A stretch of 64,000 nt of DNA from an uncultured Chloroflexia bacterium (lineage in GTDB: Bacteria; Chloroflexota; Limnocylindria; Limnocylindrales; CSP1-4), in assembly GCA_963763775.1 (NCBI GenBank), contig CAVXPZ010000001.1, positions 416,001 through 480,000 on the forward strand, written 5' to 3'. The notes beneath the pieces are model-generated. The model worked only from the letters and a program-made list of their open reading frames with translations. It made no database searches and was not told the DNA's origin. Positions within the stretch are counted from its first letter, which is position 1; every line of letters starts with the position of its first letter. Position numbers and translations under genes: made by a program. This document shows positions 61,540 through 64,000 of the stretch, piece after piece.

Positions 61540-63228
61540 ATGACCGCCGACGCGGGCACGACGCCAGCCCATGCGTTCCCCTCGATCCCGCTCCGTCGCC
61601 GGCTCTTCGGGCTCGGGAGCGTCTTCGGCAAGACCATGCGCGACTCGCGCCGCGCGATCGTCGTCGTCGGGCTGATCCTCGGACTGGTGCTCATCGCCGT
61701 GGCCGAAGCGATCGTCTCGGAGTTCTCGACCGTCGCGTCGCGCCAGGAGATGGCCGACCTGGTCCGCGCCGTCCCGCCCATCATGCAGGGGCTCGCCGGC
61801 AAGCCCGTCCACGTCGAGACCCTCGGCGGGTACATCTCGTACAAGTACGGGACGTTCTTCCCGCTGGTGGTGAGCCTCTGGTCGATCCTCGCCCTGTCCG
61901 GGACCCTCGCGAGCGAGGCGCGCCGCGGGAGCCTCGAGTTCGTGGCCGCGACGCCCCTGGCCCGAGCGCGGATCGCCCTCGAGAAGCTGTTCGGGCACAT
62001 CGTCGGCCTCACGATCGCGATGATCCTGATCTTCGCCTCGATCGCGATCGCGGGCAGTGTCATCGCCACCCTCCCGGGCGACGACATCTCCGTCGGTGCG
62101 GCGGCCGCGTACGCGGTGTGGCTCGGCCTGCTGGCCCTGGCCGCCGGCTCGGTGGCCTTCGCGCTCGCGCCGTTCCTCGGCCGTGGCGCGGCCGCGGGCA
62201 TCGCCGGCGCGATCCTGTTCGGTGGCTTCATCCTCAACGGCTACCAGAGCGCCATCCCCGAACTGGCGCCGTTCGCGAACCTCACCTGGTTCGGCTGGAC
62301 GGCCGACCACATCCCGCTCGCGGGGGAGTTCGACTGGGCGTCGGTGGGGCTCGTGGCGGTGGTCGCCGTGGTCCTGTGCGCGGTCGGCGTGGTGGCCTTC
62401 GTGCGACGGGACCTCGGGGCGACCAGCGCCGTCCCCACGCCCAGCCTGCCGCGCGCCCTGGTGGGTCTGCGCGGGCCGGTCGGGCGTGCCGCGGGGGAGA
62501 ACCTCGCGAATGCGCTCGCGTGGGGGATCGGCCTCGGCCTGTACGGGCTGGTGATCGCGGGCTCCGGCCGGTCGTTCGTGGAGCAGCTCGGGAACTCGCC
62601 CGACTTCCAGCACCTGCTCGGGAGCGTGTTCCCGGGCATCGACATCGCGACCGTCGGTGGCTTCCTCCAGCTGCTCTACGTCGAGTTCGGTCTCATCCTC
62701 GCCGGCCTCGCCTCGGCCACCCTGGTGGCGAACTGGGCGTCGGACGAGACGTCCGGGCGGCTCGAGCTGCTGCTCGCGTCCCCGCTCGCCCGCGCCCGCT
62801 GGGTCGTCGCCGGAGGGGTCGGGATCCTGATCTCGATCGCGGTGATCATCGGGCTGGCCGCCCTGGGGATCGCCATCGGGGCGGTGATCACGGGCGGCGA
62901 CATCGTCACGCCGGTGCTCGGGACGGTCGTCCTGGGGCTGTACGCGGTCGCGCTCGCCGGCATCGGGATCGCCGTCGGCGGCCTGTTCGGCACCGCGGCC
63001 GCCGGCGCGACCGTCGCGATCCTGACCATCCTGATCTGGTTCGTCGACATCATCGTGCCGGCACTCGGGCTGCCCGGGATCGTCCACGACCTGGCGTTGA
63101 CCGCGCACTACGGCCTGCCGATGCTCGGCCAGTGGGACGCGGTGGGCGTCGTCGCGTCACTCCTGCTCGGCGTGGGCGGTGTCGCCATCGGCGCCTGGGG
63201 CTTCACGCGTCGCGACCTGAGCGGATAG
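61540..63228 (+). CDS. ABC-2 type exporter permease (internally duplicated)
   Basis: Two homologous halves each with E..G.LE...A.PL.R and ending F.RRDL. Confidence 0.9.
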   Translation: MTADAGTTPAHAFPSIPLRRRLFGLGSVFGKTMRDSRRAIVVVGLILGLVLIAVAEAIVSEFSTVASRQEMADLVRAVPPIMQGLAGKPVHVETLGGYISYKYGTFFPLVVSLWSILALSGTLASEARRGSLEFVAATPLARARIALEKLFGHIVGLTIAMILIFASIAIAGSVIATLPGDDISVGAAAAYAVWLGLLALAAGSVAFALAPFLGRGAAAGIAGAILFGGFILNGYQSAIPELAPFANLTWFGWTADHIPLAGEFDWASVGLVAVVAVVLCAVGVVAFVRRDLGATSAVPTPSLPRALVGLRGPVGRAAGENLANALAWGIGLGLYGLVIAGSGRSFVEQLGNSPDFQHLLGSVFPGIDIATVGGFLQLLYVEFGLILAGLASATLVANWASDETSGRLELLLASPLARARWVVAGGVGILISIAVIIGLAALGIAIGAVITGGDIVTPVLGTVVLGLYAVALAGIGIAVGGLFGTAAAGATVAILTILIWFVDIIVPALGLPGIVHDLALTAHYGLPMLGQWDAVGVVASLLLGVGGVAIGAWGFTRRDLSG

Positions 63229-63293
63229 GCGAGAGGTCGAGCGCCGCCGAGCGCCACCGTCGCTGGGCGCGTCGGATGGCACAATGCCGCCTG

Positions 63294-63930
63294 ATGCGTT
63301 CCGTGCCCGACCTCCCGACCCGCATCGCCGGCATCCCGGTGCCGCAGGACGACATCTCGTCCGCGACGTGGCGGTGGGCGCACCGGTCGTTGCCGGACTA
63401 CCTGCTCACCCATTCGGTCCGCGCCTACTGCTGGGGGGCGACGCTGGCCGCCGGCGAGGGATGGTCGTACGACGCCGCGCTCCTCTGGGCCGCGTCGCTG
63501 CTGCATGACCTGGGGCTCACGCGGATCCGGAAGAACACGATGTGCTTCGAGGTCGAGGGTGCCGAGATCGCGCGCCGGTTCCTGGAGGGCGAAGGCATGG
63601 CGCCCGAGACGGCGGAACGGGTCGCCGTCGCGATCATCCTGCACATGCAGCCGTCCGTGACGCTCGAGGACGGCGTCGAGAGCGTCCTGCTCGACCGCGC
63701 GACCAGCATCGACGTGCGCGGCGCCGACTACGCGCCTGATCGCGGCGACCAGGTCGGGCGTCATGGCGGACTTCCCGCGCCGGGCGTTCGACCGGCACTT
63801 CCTCGCCGCCATCCGGCGGGAGGCGGCGATCCGGCCGACGTGCCAGAGCGCGCGGCTGCTGCACGAGACGGACCTGGCCGGATGGATGGCGCGCTCGCCC
63901 TGGGCCACGGAGCCGAGGGGGCCCCGATGA
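63294..63930 (+). CDS. HD-domain metal-dependent hydrolase (apparent frameshift ~63736), not in the ORF track
   Basis: LLTHSVRAYCWG, ASLLHDLG, FEVEGA..ARRFL, AIILH; C-terminus in the +1 frame ends TGA 63930. Confidence 0.8.
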
Positions 63931-64000
63931 GCGATGAGGCGACCGGAGCCAGTGGAGCCGCCGGGGCGACAGCACCTCCCGAGGCGGAACCCTATCCGCC

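Overview
High-GC bacterial chromosomal segment. The gene content, short EF-Ts and PPTD-type sorting signal suggest Chloroflexota, possibly Limnocylindria; this is inference, not a database result. The first ~44 kb is mostly a conserved housekeeping run on the + strand: rnc-smc-ftsY, ffh, rpsP-khpA-rimM-trmD-rplS-rnhB-yraN, rpsB-tsf-pyrH-frr-uppS-cdsA-dxr-rseP-ispG, nusA-ylxR-infB-rbfA-nrnA-truB-ribF, rpsO-pnp-asd-udg-rnj-ftsK-rodZ-cinA-murC. The last ~20 kb is an accessory region of enzymes, transporters and regulators. About 17 genes, several of them essential, carry small frameshifts, most likely long-read consensus errors. I saw no rRNA, tRNA, CRISPR array or transposase. The most striking feature is an 860-aa PNPase with a complete, apparently catalytically intact DEDDh (DnaQ/PolC-type) 3'-5' exonuclease domain inserted in frame between its two RNase PH domains. 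Other highlights are a GcoA/CYP255-like P450 (Gln-Glu I-helix) coupled to a Rieske ferredoxin, a DRG-like GTPase with altered G3/G4 motifs preceded by a candidate leader-peptide attenuator, an RNase HII lacking the GRG motif, a RibF with a degenerate kinase domain, and pervasive leaderless-type promoters.
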